A stretch of DNA of 64,000 bases from an uncultured delta proteobacterium (GCA_963727625.1 CAVSHR010000004.1:832001-896000), one strand, 5' to 3'; counted from the first letter of the stretch, positions 8,104 to 18,542 are shown. Notes: generated from the letters alone by a model not told the origin. Program-made: numbers and translations.

Positions 8104-10344
8104 CTACTGCCGCATCGACCAATAAATTTTCTCTGCCGCCAGCGGCAATTCGAATAGCCGTACGCCGCAGGCGTCGGCGATGGCGTTCGCGATAGCCGCC
8201 GCCGTCGGGACATTGGGATTCTCCGCGATCGCTTTGCCGCCGAAAGGCGTCGGCCCGGTAGGGCTCTCCACCAAGACCGTCTTCAACGGCGGCACGTCGG
8301 AGATACACGGAAGCTTCGATTCGCCTAAAGTCAACGTAGCGATCTTGCCGTCGATCATCGGATTTTCTTCCATTGTAGCGAAGCCGAGGCCGGTAATAAT
8401 GCCCCCTTCGATCTGGCCAGTAAGCGTCAGATGATTAAGAACAGTGCCGGTGTCGTGTGCGGTGGTTAAGGTTAGAATCTTCACTCCTCCGGTGGTCGGA
8501 TCGACCTCGACCTCGGCGACTTGAGCGGCAAAGCCGGTCACTTTGGGCATGTCCTTGGGGACAAAATTAGTCAGATGAAACACCGGACCGCCGTTTTCTT
8601 TTACCGCCAGGGCAATCATTTTTTCGGTCGTTGTCGACTTCTTGTTCGGCGCCACGAGTTTACCACCCTGTTGCCGAATCTCCTCCGGCTGACAACCCAA
8701 CTCCCGCGCTGCCAAAGCGATCAATTTCTCGAGCACCTCGTGCGCAGACTGATTGACCGCGTGGCCGGAAGTGTTGGTCTGCTTGCTGCCGCCGGTGCCG
8801 GGATCGAAGGGCAAGCTATCCGTGTCTTTAAAAATCACGCCGACTTTTTCCGGCGGTAGTCCGAGAGTCTCACAAACCATCTGCTGGCTGACGGTGTAAT
8901 AACCCGGCCCGACATCCGGCACGCCGGTGAGAATATTGACCTTGCCGTCTGCCTCCAGGGTCAGCGCCGAACTCGCTTTTCCTTCCGGCGTACCGCGATC
9001 GTAGAGCGCGATCCCCCAACCGCGATTTTTCTTGGCGCCGGTCTTTTTCCAACCGGAAGCTTTGACGATGCGCTCGAGCACTTCACCCATAAGAATGTGA
9101 CTCCACTTTTCGCCCATGGGATTGGCATCACCGTCATGCAGAATATTTTTTCGGCGCAATTCGAGAGCATCGATGCCCATCTCCTTGGCGATGATGTCCA
9201 TCTGCGATTCGAACGCAAAGACCACCTGCGGGCTGCCGGGCGTGCGTGTCTGGGTACACGGCACTTGATTGGTGTATGCACAAAAGGTTTGCACGTCGAT
9301 GGCCGGGCAGCGGTACATGCTGGCCAGGCGCCGGCCGCCGAGAACGGTCACTTGCGGATTGGCTTTTTGCGAGCCGTAAGCGCCACCGCTGAAGTAGATA
9401 TCGCTCTTGACCGCCAGCAGCGTGCCATCCGCAGCGACGCCGGTTTTCAAAGTGATCACCGAGGGGTGGCGGTGTCCACCGATCAAGATTTCTTCGCTGT
9501 AATCGAGCACTAACTTCACCGGCTTGCCGCCAGCGGCTTTAGCTAGATAATAAGCGATCGGCACATCGATCAACGACGCCTTGGCGCCGAAGTCACCGCC
9601 GACGTGGACGATATGAACTTTGATGTTTTCTTTGGGCACGCCGAAGTCCTGCGACATCTGTTCGCGCAAACCCCAGGGCCCTTTGTTCGACGCCCAGACC
9701 TCAACGCGACCATTAGCGTGAACCTGTACGGTGCAGGCGCAGGGCTCGATGTAGCCATGATGCGACAGCGGCGTGCGAAAGGTATGTTCGAAAACTCGCG
9801 CCGACTTTGCGAAGCCGGCTTCGAGATCGCCGTTCTTCCATTGCACGTAAGATTGCAGATTGTGGCCGGACATCCCTTCCGGTAACTTTGGAGTGTTTTT
9901 ATATTTGTTCCGATCTTCATGAATCAACGGCGCGCTCGGCTTGAGCGCTTCCACCGGATCGTCGACGTACGGCAGTTCTTCAAACTCAACGTCGATCAAA
10001 CCTATCGCTTCATCGGCGATCGCTTCGCTGTCCGCCGCCACCGCGGCGATGGCGTCACCGCCCATCCGCACCTTGTCGTAAGCAAGTACCGGCTGGTCCT
10101 TCACACGCGTGCCGACATAAATATCTTTCACTTCCGCGCCGGTGAGCACTGCACGAACGCCTTCTAACGCCTTGGCTTTCGCCGTGTCGACTTTGACGAT
10201 GCGCGCATGCGGCACCGAACTGCGCAATACCTTCGCCCACAAGAGATCGGGAAATTCCAAGTCGGCGGCATATTTGGTTTGTCCGGTAACTTTGCCATAC
10301 CCTTCGATGCGCGGCAGCGCTTTTCCTACGGTGCGATAAGCCAA
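8104..10344 (-). CDS. Xanthine dehydrogenase-family molybdopterin-binding subunit
   Basis: VGKALPRIEGYGKVTG, HGYIEP, VGGDFGAK, AEVEVDPTTG, GQIEGG; TTG start after GGAGG. Confidence 0.93.
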   Translation of the reverse strand: MAYRTVGKALPRIEGYGKVTGQTKYAADLEFPDLLWAKVLRSSVPHARIVKVDTAKAKALEGVRAVLTGAEVKDIYVGTRVKDQPVLAYDKVRMGGDAIAAVAADSEAIADEAIGLIDVEFEELPYVDDPVEALKPSAPLIHEDRNKYKNTPKLPEGMSGHNLQSYVQWKNGDLEAGFAKSARVFEHTFRTPLSHHGYIEPCACTVQVHANGRVEVWASNKGPWGLREQMSQDFGVPKENIKVHIVHVGGDFGAKASLIDVPIAYYLAKAAGGKPVKLVLDYSEEILIGGHRHPSVITLKTGVAADGTLLAVKSDIYFSGGAYGSQKANPQVTVLGGRRLASMYRCPAIDVQTFCAYTNQVPCTQTRTPGSPQVVFAFESQMDIIAKEMGIDALELRRKNILHDGDANPMGEKWSHILMGEVLERIVKASGWKKTGAKKNRGWGIALYDRGTPEGKASSALTLEADGKVNILTGVPDVGPGYYTVSQQMVCETLGLPPEKVGVIFKDTDSLPFDPGTGGSKQTNTSGHAVNQSAHEVLEKLIALAARELGCQPEEIRQQGGKLVAPNKKSTTTEKMIALAVKENGGPVFHLTNFVPKDMPKVTGFAAQVAEVEVDPTTGGVKILTLTTAHDTGTVLNHLTLTGQIEGGIITGLGFATMEENPMIDGKIATLTLGESKLPCISDVPPLKTVLVESPTGPTPFGGKAIAENPNVPTAAAIANAIADACGVRLFELPLAAEKIYWSMRQ

Positions 10345-10372
10345 GGTTCACCTCCAACAAGCGGTAATCATC

Positions 10373-10441
10373 GGAGTACTGAAGTAATAGAGGATTGGTG
10401 TCGGAAAGCATCGCTCCAATACTCCATGATTCCAGCACTCC
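10373..10441. repeat. Palindromic GGAGTA/TACTCC octamer-unit intergenic element
   Basis: ggagtactgaagt ... ctccaatactccatgattccagcactcc; same family at 11692, 16286, 39613, 54969. Confidence 0.6.
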
Positions 10442-10448
10442 TATCTTC

Positions 10449-11561
10449 TTATGACTCTAGGTTGTATAGCCGAGCGCAATTGTCCCAAAGAATCTTCTTG
10501 CGGCTCTCGTTCGACACCCCGTCCATCTCCAGGAACTCATCGACTCCTTCGGGAAAATCGGAGTCGCCGTGGGGATAGTCCGTTGAGAAAACGATATTAT
10601 CGTTGCCGATGAGATCGATGGTCATCGGCAGTTCCTTTTCATGCTCAGTGGAAATCCAGCATTGGCGTTTGAAATATTCGCTCGGTTTCAATTTTCCGGA
10701 GGTTGGAAAGCGACCCTTCGCCATGGCGTTGTCCATACGGTGCAATAGAAACGACACCCAGCCGCAGTAACATTCCAAGAACGCCAGTTTCAATTTCGGA
10801 TGGCGCTCGCACACCCCGCCGCCGATGGTGTCTACCATCGCCATCATATTCTCCAGCGGATGGGACACCACATGGCGCAAAAGCAGATTGTCGCCGAAAC
10901 GGTCGCCGATCTGCGGAAGCTCCCCGGCGGAAGTCGCGGAATGAAAACCCAGCGGCACCCCGAGTTCCTCCAGGGCCGACCATAGCGCGTCAAAGTAACG
11001 CGAATGCCATGGCAGATTGCGCAACGGCTCGGGCCGAACGAATGCGCCGACAAAACCCAGCTTGCCAATCGCGCGCCGCGCTTCCTTGACCGCTTCATTG
11101 GGATCATGCAGCGCGATCATCGCCACCCCTTTCAGTCGCTTAGGATCGGTCTGGCAAAAATCATAAAGCCAGTCGTTGTAGGCGTGGGCGATCGCGGCGG
11201 CGAGCTTGGGATCCATCTCGTTGCGCATCATGATGCCGAGACCGATGGACGGATAAAGCGCTGCGACGTCCAAACCTTCCCGGTCCATCGCCTGAAGTTG
11301 AGTCGTGGCGTCGAAGCCGCGCGCGCGGTAACCGGCAATTTCTTGATCAATTCGCGTCGCATCGAAAATCCCGCCTCGGTAGGTGGGCTTGTATCCCTGA
11401 AGAATCTTTCCGTCGATCATCACCATCGCCGAGCTGCGCGCTGTCGAGCTCAATATCTTTGGCGCCCGGTCACGCCACTCCGGGTCCATATAATTAACCC
11501 AGAGATCCGCCGGCTCACGTAGATGCATGTCGGAATCTAGAATCTTAAAACCTGATCTCAA
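10449..11561 (-). CDS. Amidohydrolase_2 family protein (ACMSD/LigW-like)
   Basis: ILDSDMHLREP, MDREGLDVAALYPS, LGFH, ERHPKLKLAFLE, FSTDYPHGD. Confidence 0.9.
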   Translation of the reverse strand: MRSGFKILDSDMHLREPADLWVNYMDPEWRDRAPKILSSTARSSAMVMIDGKILQGYKPTYRGGIFDATRIDQEIAGYRARGFDATTQLQAMDREGLDVAALYPSIGLGIMMRNEMDPKLAAAIAHAYNDWLYDFCQTDPKRLKGVAMIALHDPNEAVKEARRAIGKLGFVGAFVRPEPLRNLPWHSRYFDALWSALEELGVPLGFHSATSAGELPQIGDRFGDNLLLRHVVSHPLENMMAMVDTIGGGVCERHPKLKLAFLECYCGWVSFLLHRMDNAMAKGRFPTSGKLKPSEYFKRQCWISTEHEKELPMTIDLIGNDNIVFSTDYPHGDSDFPEGVDEFLEMDGVSNESRKKILWDNCARLYNLES

Positions 11562-11691
11562 GCGGCAACCTCTCTTGGTAATATTTTACGTCAGAAACAG
11601 TGAAATATTCTTACGCTGCGGAGTATCGCCGTAACGGCAATTGCTGTCAACCAAGACGAGACAGAACCGGGACAAGGGAGAACCGCAGCGA

Positions 11692-11736
11692 TGGAGTATT
11701 GGAGTTATGTTTGAATCAATACTCCAACCCTCCAAT
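11692..11736. repeat. Palindromic GGAGTA-family element
   Basis: tggagtattggagt ... aatactccaaccctcca. Confidence 0.6.
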
Positions 11737-11753
11737 CGATAGGCGGGAAATTC

Positions 11754-12686
11754 TTACATCAACTCGCGCACCAGGGATTTTGCAGTTTCCCCGGATATGC
11801 CGAGGGGGCGGCGCGCCAGCGGTCCGCCTTTTTCGAGGACGGGCTCCAATTGGTCCAACGCCAGCAGATCGATGCGTTTCCAAAAAAGTCCGATCGCGAT
11901 TTCGTCGCCCCATTGGTAGCCATACTTCATCGCGGCGGCGAAATCGGTCGGATCATGATTCTTGTCTTCCAACTTGAACGTGCGTTGCTTGAAGAATTCG
12001 TGTCCATTTTCGTGATTGAACGTCACACATGGGCTGAACGCGTCGATCAGTGCAAAACCCCGGTGCTCAATCCCGCCCTTGATCAGTTCGACCAGATGCT
12101 TTACTTGGCCGGTGTAACCCCGTGCTACGTAGGTCGCGCCAGCGGCGATCGCCAGCGGAATTGGATGGATCGGGTTTTCCACGCTGCCGAACGGCGTGCT
12201 CTTGGTCGCCATGCCCTTGGCGCTGGTGGGCGACAACTGCCCCGTTGTCAGGCCGTATATTTGATTGTTCATCACGATATAAGTCAGGTCGACGTTGCGG
12301 CGCATGCTGTGCACGAAGTGGTTGCCACCGATCCCATAGCCGTCGCCGTCACCCCCGGTGACGATGACCTTGAGCTCATGGTTGGCCATTTGCGCCCCGG
12401 TGGCGACCGCGAGCGCCCGTCCGTGCAACGTGTGCATGCCGTAGGTGCTGATATAGCCGGGCAAGTTCGATGAGCAACCGATGCCGCTAATCACCATCGC
12501 CTGGTGCGGCAAAATACCAAGCTCGGCGAGGGCCTGTTTCAACGCCGTCAGCACGCCGAAGTCGCCGCAGCCCGGACACCAATCGGGCTCGGCCTTGCCT
12601 TTAAACTCCTTGATCGTTAAGCGCGCCCTACCTGAAGGGTTCTCCCCTGCTTTTGCTTTCATCTCGATTGCGGTTTCATTCATCAT
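11754..12686 (-). CDS. korB: 2-oxoacid:ferredoxin oxidoreductase beta subunit
   Basis: WCPGCGDF, SGIGCS, HTLHGRA, GGDGD..NNQIYGLTTGQ, SPCVTF. Confidence 0.93.
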   Translation of the reverse strand: MMNETAIEMKAKAGENPSGRARLTIKEFKGKAEPDWCPGCGDFGVLTALKQALAELGILPHQAMVISGIGCSSNLPGYISTYGMHTLHGRALAVATGAQMANHELKVIVTGGDGDGYGIGGNHFVHSMRRNVDLTYIVMNNQIYGLTTGQLSPTSAKGMATKSTPFGSVENPIHPIPLAIAAGATYVARGYTGQVKHLVELIKGGIEHRGFALIDAFSPCVTFNHENGHEFFKQRTFKLEDKNHDPTDFAAAMKYGYQWGDEIAIGLFWKRIDLLALDQLEPVLEKGGPLARRPLGISGETAKSLVRELM

Positions 12687-12693
12687 CAACTCC

Positions 12694-14484
12694 TTAAACC
12701 ATGATTTCATGGACCGGAACATACCGCTGGGTTTGGCCCGCCAGAATCGCCTTGACCCCGTCGACTATATGATGCGGCATGAACGGCTCGCCGTCGTATT
12801 TACGGATGTGCCCGTCGGCGACAACCCCAGTCTCCGACCTGAGGTAGCGCGCGAATTGGCCGCTGTAGTTGTTCTCGACGATGATGAGTTTTTTACTCGT
12901 CGATCGTGCCGCCGTGATCGCGTCACAGTGCAACGGCACAATCCATTTGACCTGAAGCAGGTTCGCAATGACGCCTTCTTCTTTTTCAAGCTTCTCCATC
13001 GCCTCGCGAATGACGCCTTCCGTCGAGCCCCAGCCCAGCAATGTGACCTCGGCCTCTGCCGAACCCCACAGTTTGGGCGGCTCGAGCAGAGGCAGGATCG
13101 ATTCCATCTTGCGCATGCGCTTTTCGTGCATGGCTTGGCGTTTGTGCGGATTGGTGTACTCGTCGCTGATCAGAACACCCTCCTCGTCATGATCATCGGT
13201 CGCGACCACATGTTCGAACCCCGGTGTTCCAGGCAGCGCGCGCGGCGAGACGCCATTGTCGGTGATCTCGTACCGTTTGTAGCCGCCGTTGAGCGGAGGA
13301 GTCGCGCCGTTGAGGCCGATGACCGCACCGCGGTCAATTGGCACGTTGAAATCCAACTCCGCCGGGTCGACGCTCGAACGACCTTCCGAGAGCAGCAAGT
13401 CCGACAGGATGATGCCGGGGCATTGAAACTTGTCGACCAGGTTGAAAAGTTGGGTGACGGTTTTAAAGCAATCAGGGATGGTCGTCGGCGCCACGATGAT
13501 GCGCGGATAGTCGCCTTGTCCGGCGCCCAGCACTTGCCAGAGATCACCTTGCTCGGTCTTGGTCGGCACACCGGTGGCCGGCCCGGCGCGCTGCACGTTG
13601 ATGCAGACGAGCGGTATTTCCATCATCGCCGCGGCACCGAGCCCCTCGGTCATCAAGGCGAAGCCGCCGCCCGAAGTCGCGCACATGGCGCGGCAGCCGG
13701 CATGGGCCGCGCCGATCGCCATATTGATGACGCCTATTTCATCCTCCACCTGCCGCACGATGATGTCCAGCTGCTGCGCGTGCCGCGCCATCCAGTGGAG
13801 CACGCCGGATGACGGGCTCATCGGATAGGCGCAGTAAAACCGCACGCCCGCCGCCGCCCCACCCATGGCTAACGCCTGGTTGCCCTCGAAGAACGCCAGC
13901 TTCCGTCCCGTGTCCGGCAGCGAAACCGGTAGCGACTTGAATTTCCTGTCGGCGTAGTCGTAACCGGCGCGCGCTACTCTGACATTCTCAGCGATCACCG
14001 ATTGGCCCTTCCTCTTGAACTGCAAGGTGAGGATGTCTTCGAGGATCTTGAATTCGACGCCGATGAGCCGCAGCACGGCGGCCAGGGCGATGGTGTTCTG
14101 GACCAAGTCACCCCGAATATTCGGCGCCAGTTCTTTCACCGAGAACGGACAGAGCTGAACCCCGGCGGCGACTTCACCGGGTTTGATCTTGTCGCCGTTA
14201 AAAAGAACGGCCGATCCCGCTTTCATGAGTCCCAAATGGCGATTCATGGTGTCTTGATTGAGCGGTATCATCATGTCGAGCTTGTCCCCGAAGCTGAGCA
14301 CGGGCTCGTCGCTGGTGCGCAAGGTGAGGAAAATATGGCCGCCACGAACGATGGATTGATAGGCGTTGTAAGCGTTCAAGTGGAGGCCGCGCCGCACGAA
14401 GATGCGCGCCAGAATATCGCCGGGCGTGGCGATTCCCTGGCCGGCGGCGCCACCGATTGCAATCGAGAGATCGACTTTTGCCAT
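12694..14484 (-). CDS. korA: 2-oxoacid:ferredoxin oxidoreductase alpha subunit (gamma-alpha fusion)
   Basis: IGGAAGQG, YQSIVRGG, AYPMSPSS, QVEDEI, TSGGGFALM, QRAGPATG. Confidence 0.93.
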   Translation of the reverse strand: MAKVDLSIAIGGAAGQGIATPGDILARIFVRRGLHLNAYNAYQSIVRGGHIFLTLRTSDEPVLSFGDKLDMMIPLNQDTMNRHLGLMKAGSAVLFNGDKIKPGEVAAGVQLCPFSVKELAPNIRGDLVQNTIALAAVLRLIGVEFKILEDILTLQFKRKGQSVIAENVRVARAGYDYADRKFKSLPVSLPDTGRKLAFFEGNQALAMGGAAAGVRFYCAYPMSPSSGVLHWMARHAQQLDIIVRQVEDEIGVINMAIGAAHAGCRAMCATSGGGFALMTEGLGAAAMMEIPLVCINVQRAGPATGVPTKTEQGDLWQVLGAGQGDYPRIIVAPTTIPDCFKTVTQLFNLVDKFQCPGIILSDLLLSEGRSSVDPAELDFNVPIDRGAVIGLNGATPPLNGGYKRYEITDNGVSPRALPGTPGFEHVVATDDHDEEGVLISDEYTNPHKRQAMHEKRMRKMESILPLLEPPKLWGSAEAEVTLLGWGSTEGVIREAMEKLEKEEGVIANLLQVKWIVPLHCDAITAARSTSKKLIIVENNYSGQFARYLRSETGVVADGHIRKYDGEPFMPHHIVDGVKAILAGQTQRYVPVHEIMV

Positions 14485-14502
14485 GAAGAACTCCCTTCCA
14501 GC

Positions 14503-14820
14503 TCATTTCGTTGCACTGAAATTACCCGCTAGAACTTTTTTTAGAATTCCGTTCATCTCTTCCGCGGAAAAGGCCCTGAGCGTTTGCGTGCGAATATTGC
14601 CGAGCGAACCCATGCTCATCGCAAAAGCCGTCATGGTTTCGTCGTCCGGCGACTCGGCGGTGAAAACCGCATCGAAAGCGCCCATGGTCCAGTAGATGTC
14701 CTTGATTCGGACACCGAGACGGGCTGCGGCGCTGACGAGTGTTTTGGCCCTCTCCGTAGTCTGGCGGATTTGACGCACACCCTGATCGGTAAAGTTCACG
14801 AGCGCGATGTAGGTAGCCAT
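14503..14820 (-). CDS. GYD-domain protein
   Basis: MATYIALVNFTDQG..IYWTMGAFD..GNIRTQTLRAF. Confidence 0.88.
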   Translation of the reverse strand: MATYIALVNFTDQGVRQIRQTTERAKTLVSAAARLGVRIKDIYWTMGAFDAVFTAESPDDETMTAFAMSMGSLGNIRTQTLRAFSAEEMNGILKKVLAGNFSATK

Positions 14821-15171
14821 AGGGAACCTCCTTTTCGCCCCGCAAATTAAAAAAACCGGTCAACACCTTGCGTGAACACGCGGAATCGACCGGCTTGATT
14901 GTTGGATACCTCGTGACGATCACATGGCGCTCATCGCTGCGAAGCTTTAGATCACGATGCCGTCCCACAGATGAGGTACGTATTGTTGTCTAGGAAAAGC
15001 TACCAACCTCGACAGAGGCTGTCAAGTTACTTTCTGAATTCCCGCCTCCAGCGGGCGCCGACAACCTTATCCAACGCTCGGTTTTTTTGTTTGGCATACG
15101 TGCGAGATTTTAGTAACGAGTGTATGGTTGTCAAAGCCGACGGCAACGAAGTGTCATCATCAGGAGGTTCT

Positions 15172-16281
15172 ATGTTCGATTTCCTATTCCCGAACCATCC
15201 CTTCGGCGGCCACACGCTCAGATTAGTTGCCCAAGCGCAGCAAGGCGGCGGCGATGTATTCGACATCGCCCGCGCGATGAAAGACGTCGATGTCGGCGAT
15301 AAAGATGCTTGGGAGCGCGCCTGGTTGGAACTCGCCCAGAAAACTGAAAATCGAGCAAGGGAAGCTCTCGCGGCTGGAAGACAAGGCACGGCGCGACAAT
15401 ATTTCTTTCATGCCAGCAATTACTATCGCATGTCCGACGTTCTGCTCACGATCGCCGAAGAGCCGAAACGCTGTGAACGTTTCATTAAGGCGCGAGACAG
15501 TTTCCGCGCCGCCGCTAAACTCAACGACGCCAGGATTGAAGTCATCAGCGTGCTCTGCGGCGACGAAGAGTACGACGGCTACTTCTGCCACCCGGCCAAC
15601 CCCAAACCCGGCAAGTGGCCGGCGGTATTGTTTCTCGGCGGTGCCGACGCCTACGCCGAGGAAATCTATTTCGGCGGAAAACAGATGCTGGACCGCGGCT
15701 GGGCCATGCTGCTGGTCGACACGCCGGGACGCGGCTCGTCTATTTATCTCAAAGGCATCAAGACCAGGCCTGACTACGAAGTCCCGGGCAGAGCTTGTAT
15801 CGATTATCTCGTATCCAGACCGGAAGTCGATCCGGGCCGCGTCGCGCTGCTCGGCATCAGCATGGCGGGCTACTACGCGCCGCGCGTGGCCGCGTTCGAA
15901 AAGCGTATCAAAGCGCTGGTTGCCTGGAGCGGCTGCTACAGCATCCTCGACGATCTCTACGATTGGTGCGTACACTTGCAACCGGTTTGTCAAAGGCTCT
16001 TGGGCGGCGTCAGCCACGAGGAGGCACGGCGTTTGCTGAAGGAGTTCACCATGGCGGGTATCGCCAAAAACATCACCTGCCCGACGCTCATCACCCACGG
16101 CGACAAGGACACGCTGATGTCCGTCGAAGGAGCCAAACGATTGTTCGCTGAGATCGGAACTAAAGACAAAACTCTAAAAATTTACGGCGAAGCGGACGGC
16201 GGTGGCCGGATCCATTGCAGCCACGATTACTGGGCGCACAATGTGCCGTTCATGCTGGATTGGCTGGAGAAGAGGTTGTGA
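15172..16281 (+). CDS. Alpha/beta hydrolase (FrsA / 2,6-dihydroxypseudooxynicotine hydrolase-like)
   Basis: GGAD, DTPGRG, nucleophile GISMAG, HGDKD, HC; AGGAGG RBS before ATG 15172. Confidence 0.85.
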   Translation: MFDFLFPNHPFGGHTLRLVAQAQQGGGDVFDIARAMKDVDVGDKDAWERAWLELAQKTENRAREALAAGRQGTARQYFFHASNYYRMSDVLLTIAEEPKRCERFIKARDSFRAAAKLNDARIEVISVLCGDEEYDGYFCHPANPKPGKWPAVLFLGGADAYAEEIYFGGKQMLDRGWAMLLVDTPGRGSSIYLKGIKTRPDYEVPGRACIDYLVSRPEVDPGRVALLGISMAGYYAPRVAAFEKRIKALVAWSGCYSILDDLYDWCVHLQPVCQRLLGGVSHEEARRLLKEFTMAGIAKNITCPTLITHGDKDTLMSVEGAKRLFAEIGTKDKTLKIYGEADGGGRIHCSHDYWAHNVPFMLDWLEKRL

Positions 16282-16285
16282 AGAT

Positions 16286-16311
16286 TGGAATGGTGGAGTA
16301 CTGGAGTGATG
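16286..16311. repeat. GGAGTA-family half element
   Basis: tggaatggtggagtactggagtgatg. Confidence 0.5.
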
Positions 16312-16400
16312 AGCGCGGGAAAATACTCGTAAGCCGCGTCGCTGCCATCTTAAATCTTTCCAATTGCTGGAAAAATACTGGGGGAATGAGGTTTATATAA

Positions 16401-17906
16401 ATGACAACCAATGGACAAAACAACAACTGGGACAAAGAAGTCGACGTTATCGTGGTCGGCTTCGGCGCGGCGGGCGGCATCTCGGCAATCACCGCTCACG
16501 ATGCCGGCGCGAAAGTCTTGCTGATCGAAAAGATGCCTCACCCGGGGGGCATTTCGATTCTTTCCGGCGGCGGTGTCGCCTTTGCGCATAACGCCGAAGG
16601 TGCCTTTCAATACCTGAAACGCAGTTGCAACGGCACCACCCCCGACGACATCTTGCGCCGAATGGCCGAGGAAATGGTCGGCATGATCGATTGGGTTACC
16701 GAGCTTGCCAAAGTCAGCGGCACCGAGCCGAGCAAGACCGAGACCCGCGGTCACGGCACCTACCCATTTCCCGGCACCAACGATATCGACTCCATCAAGC
16801 TTAAAGATTTTCAAGCCTATTCGGAGTTTCCCTGGGCCAAAGGCCTGCGCGGCGGCGCGCGCCTATTCAAAGTGGTTTACGACAACGTGAATCAGCGGAA
16901 CATCGAAGTGATGCTATCGACGCCGGCAAAGGAACTGACCACAAACCCCGACGGCGAGATCCTAGGACTGCTCGCCGAGCACGATGGGAAATCCATCCGC
17001 ATCAAAGCGCGCAAGGGCGTGATCCTCGCTTGCGGCGGCTATGAGAATGACCCGGCGATGAAGCTGCAGCACTTCGAAGCCCAGCCGGTCTACCCGGTGT
17101 ATCTCGGCAATACCGGCGACGGCGTCAAGATGGCGCAGAAAGTCGGCGCCGGGCTTTGGCATATGTGGCATTTTCACGGCGGCTACGGCTTCAAGTTTCC
17201 GGAATTGCCGTTTGCCATCCGCCATGTCTGGGCCGGTCCGCGCAACGAGAACCGAAAAATGATCTGGATCGCCGTCGATAAATTCGGCAAACGCTTCATG
17301 GACGAATATCCGCCGGCGCCGCAGGATACCGGCACGCGGCCCTTGGAATTTTACGACGCCGATATCCAGGATTATCCGCGCATCCCCTGCTATCTGATCT
17401 TCGACGAAGAGGGACGCAAGCTCGGCCCGATCGGTATTCCCATCGTGAATGACGAGCGCTACGACGCCAACTGGAGCCAAGACAATCTCGCCGAAATTGA
17501 TAAAGGATGGATCAAGAAAGGTAACTCACTCGAAGACATCGCGGCGCAGATCGATGTCAACCCGAAAGTTCTACGGGAAACCGTCGACCGCTGGAACACG
17601 CTGTGCGGCGAAAGCATAGACAAAGATCACAAGCGCCCGCCAAAGACCATGATGCCGATCAAAAACGGTCCCTTCTATGTGGTCGAAGCCTGGCCCATCG
17701 TAAACAACACCCAGGGCGGCCCCGAGCACGATGTCGAACAGCGCGTGCTCGACCCGATGAAGAAACCGATCTCCCGTCTCTATGTCGCCGGCGAGATCAG
17801 CTCGATCTACGGCCATCTCTACTTGGAAGCCGGAAATATCACCGAGTGTTTCGTCGCGGGAAAAATCGCCGGGCAGAATGCAGCGGCCGAAAAGGGTTGG
17901 GACTAA
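16401..17906 (+). CDS. FAD-binding oxidoreductase (FAD_binding_2; 3-ketosteroid dehydrogenase/flavocytochrome c-like)
   Basis: WDKEVDVIVVGFGAAG, GGISILSGG, VILACGGY, NTGDG, NTQGG, RLYVAGE. Confidence 0.9.
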   Translation: MTTNGQNNNWDKEVDVIVVGFGAAGGISAITAHDAGAKVLLIEKMPHPGGISILSGGGVAFAHNAEGAFQYLKRSCNGTTPDDILRRMAEEMVGMIDWVTELAKVSGTEPSKTETRGHGTYPFPGTNDIDSIKLKDFQAYSEFPWAKGLRGGARLFKVVYDNVNQRNIEVMLSTPAKELTTNPDGEILGLLAEHDGKSIRIKARKGVILACGGYENDPAMKLQHFEAQPVYPVYLGNTGDGVKMAQKVGAGLWHMWHFHGGYGFKFPELPFAIRHVWAGPRNENRKMIWIAVDKFGKRFMDEYPPAPQDTGTRPLEFYDADIQDYPRIPCYLIFDEEGRKLGPIGIPIVNDERYDANWSQDNLAEIDKGWIKKGNSLEDIAAQIDVNPKVLRETVDRWNTLCGESIDKDHKRPPKTMMPIKNGPFYVVEAWPIVNNTQGGPEHDVEQRVLDPMKKPISRLYVAGEISSIYGHLYLEAGNITECFVAGKIAGQNAAAEKGWD

Positions 17907-17960
17907 CGTTTTGGGTGAGAGGCGCGCTCCGCCGCATCCTTCTCAACCCTATCGTTAGCT
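17901..17960 (-). other. Integron attC site 1 (60 nt)
   Basis: Minus strand: AGCTAAC gatag GGT(T)GAG(A)AGG(A)TGCG gcggag CGCGCCTCTCACC caaaac GTTAGTC. 5/6-nt spacers, three unpaired bases on the left arm, BrnA stop 1 nt before R''. Confidence 0.85.
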
Positions 17961-17961
17961 T

Positions 17962-18213
17962 TCAGTTTTGACCCGAAAGCTCTTCGCGCACGATCTTGCG
18001 CACTATCTCTTCCGTAAGGGGCTTCGCCGTCAGACCGAGATAGGAGTTCAGCGCATCGTTAATTAGGGTCTGATACCCCTTTCCGGTTCTCTGGGATTGA
18101 GCCTTGAAGCGCTCCAGAATTCCATCGTCGAGATAGATCGTGATGCGGGTTTTCCCAACCTGGGGAACTACCGCTCCGCGTTTGCCCTTGGAAAAGTTAT
18201 ACTCCTTCTTCAT
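17962..18213 (-). CDS. brnA: BrnA-family antitoxin
   Basis: MKKEYNFSKGKRG..KTRITIYLDDGILERFK..GKGYQTLINDAL. Confidence 0.9.
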   Translation of the reverse strand: MKKEYNFSKGKRGAVVPQVGKTRITIYLDDGILERFKAQSQRTGKGYQTLINDALNSYLGLTAKPLTEEIVRKIVREELSGQN

Positions 18214-18469
18214 AACTCCTTCTTTCCTTCGGCGTCGGTTTCCGAACCGAGATGATGCGAACATTGTCGTCCCGAGGTGTCCAGACCACAACCATCAGCG
18301 AGCCGAACGTGTTCGCACCCAGGGTCACGAAGCGTCGCTCTCCCTCAGCCGATTCATCTTCAATCGTGACTGCCAAGGGATCACTCAAGACACCATCCCC
18401 TTCGGTAAGCGAGACACCGTGCTTCTTAAGATTTGCGGCATCCTTTTTGGAATCAAAGGTTGCTGTCAC
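18197..18469 (-). CDS. brnT: BrnT-family toxin
   Basis: FDSKKDAANLKKHGVSL..GERRFVTLG..VVWTPR..VRIISVRKPT.KER..YE. Confidence 0.92.
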   Translation of the reverse strand: MTATFDSKKDAANLKKHGVSLTEGDGVLSDPLAVTIEDESAEGERRFVTLGANTFGSLMVVVWTPRDDNVRIISVRKPTPKERRSYEEGV

Positions 18470-18475
18470 TAAGCA

Positions 18476-18504
18476 AGTGTATGCATAGAATGCATATATT
18501 GCAA
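18476..18504 (-). promoter_or_regulatory. Sigma70 promoter of the brnTA cassette with palindromic operator
   Basis: TTGCAA-17 nt-TACACT, 6 nt before the GTG start; inverted repeat TATGCAT-TCT-ATGCATA overlaps the spacer and -10. Confidence 0.7.
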
Positions 18505-18542
18505 GCTCGCGGTAGAGCTGCGAGGTGGGCCCGCGAATTGGA

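Noticed and set aside
12481-13812. Long antisense ORFs (443 aa here; also 51157-52365, 59403-60296, 35281-36168)
   Set aside because: They are shadow or alternate frames of well-supported genes in high-GC DNA and have no recognisable motifs.
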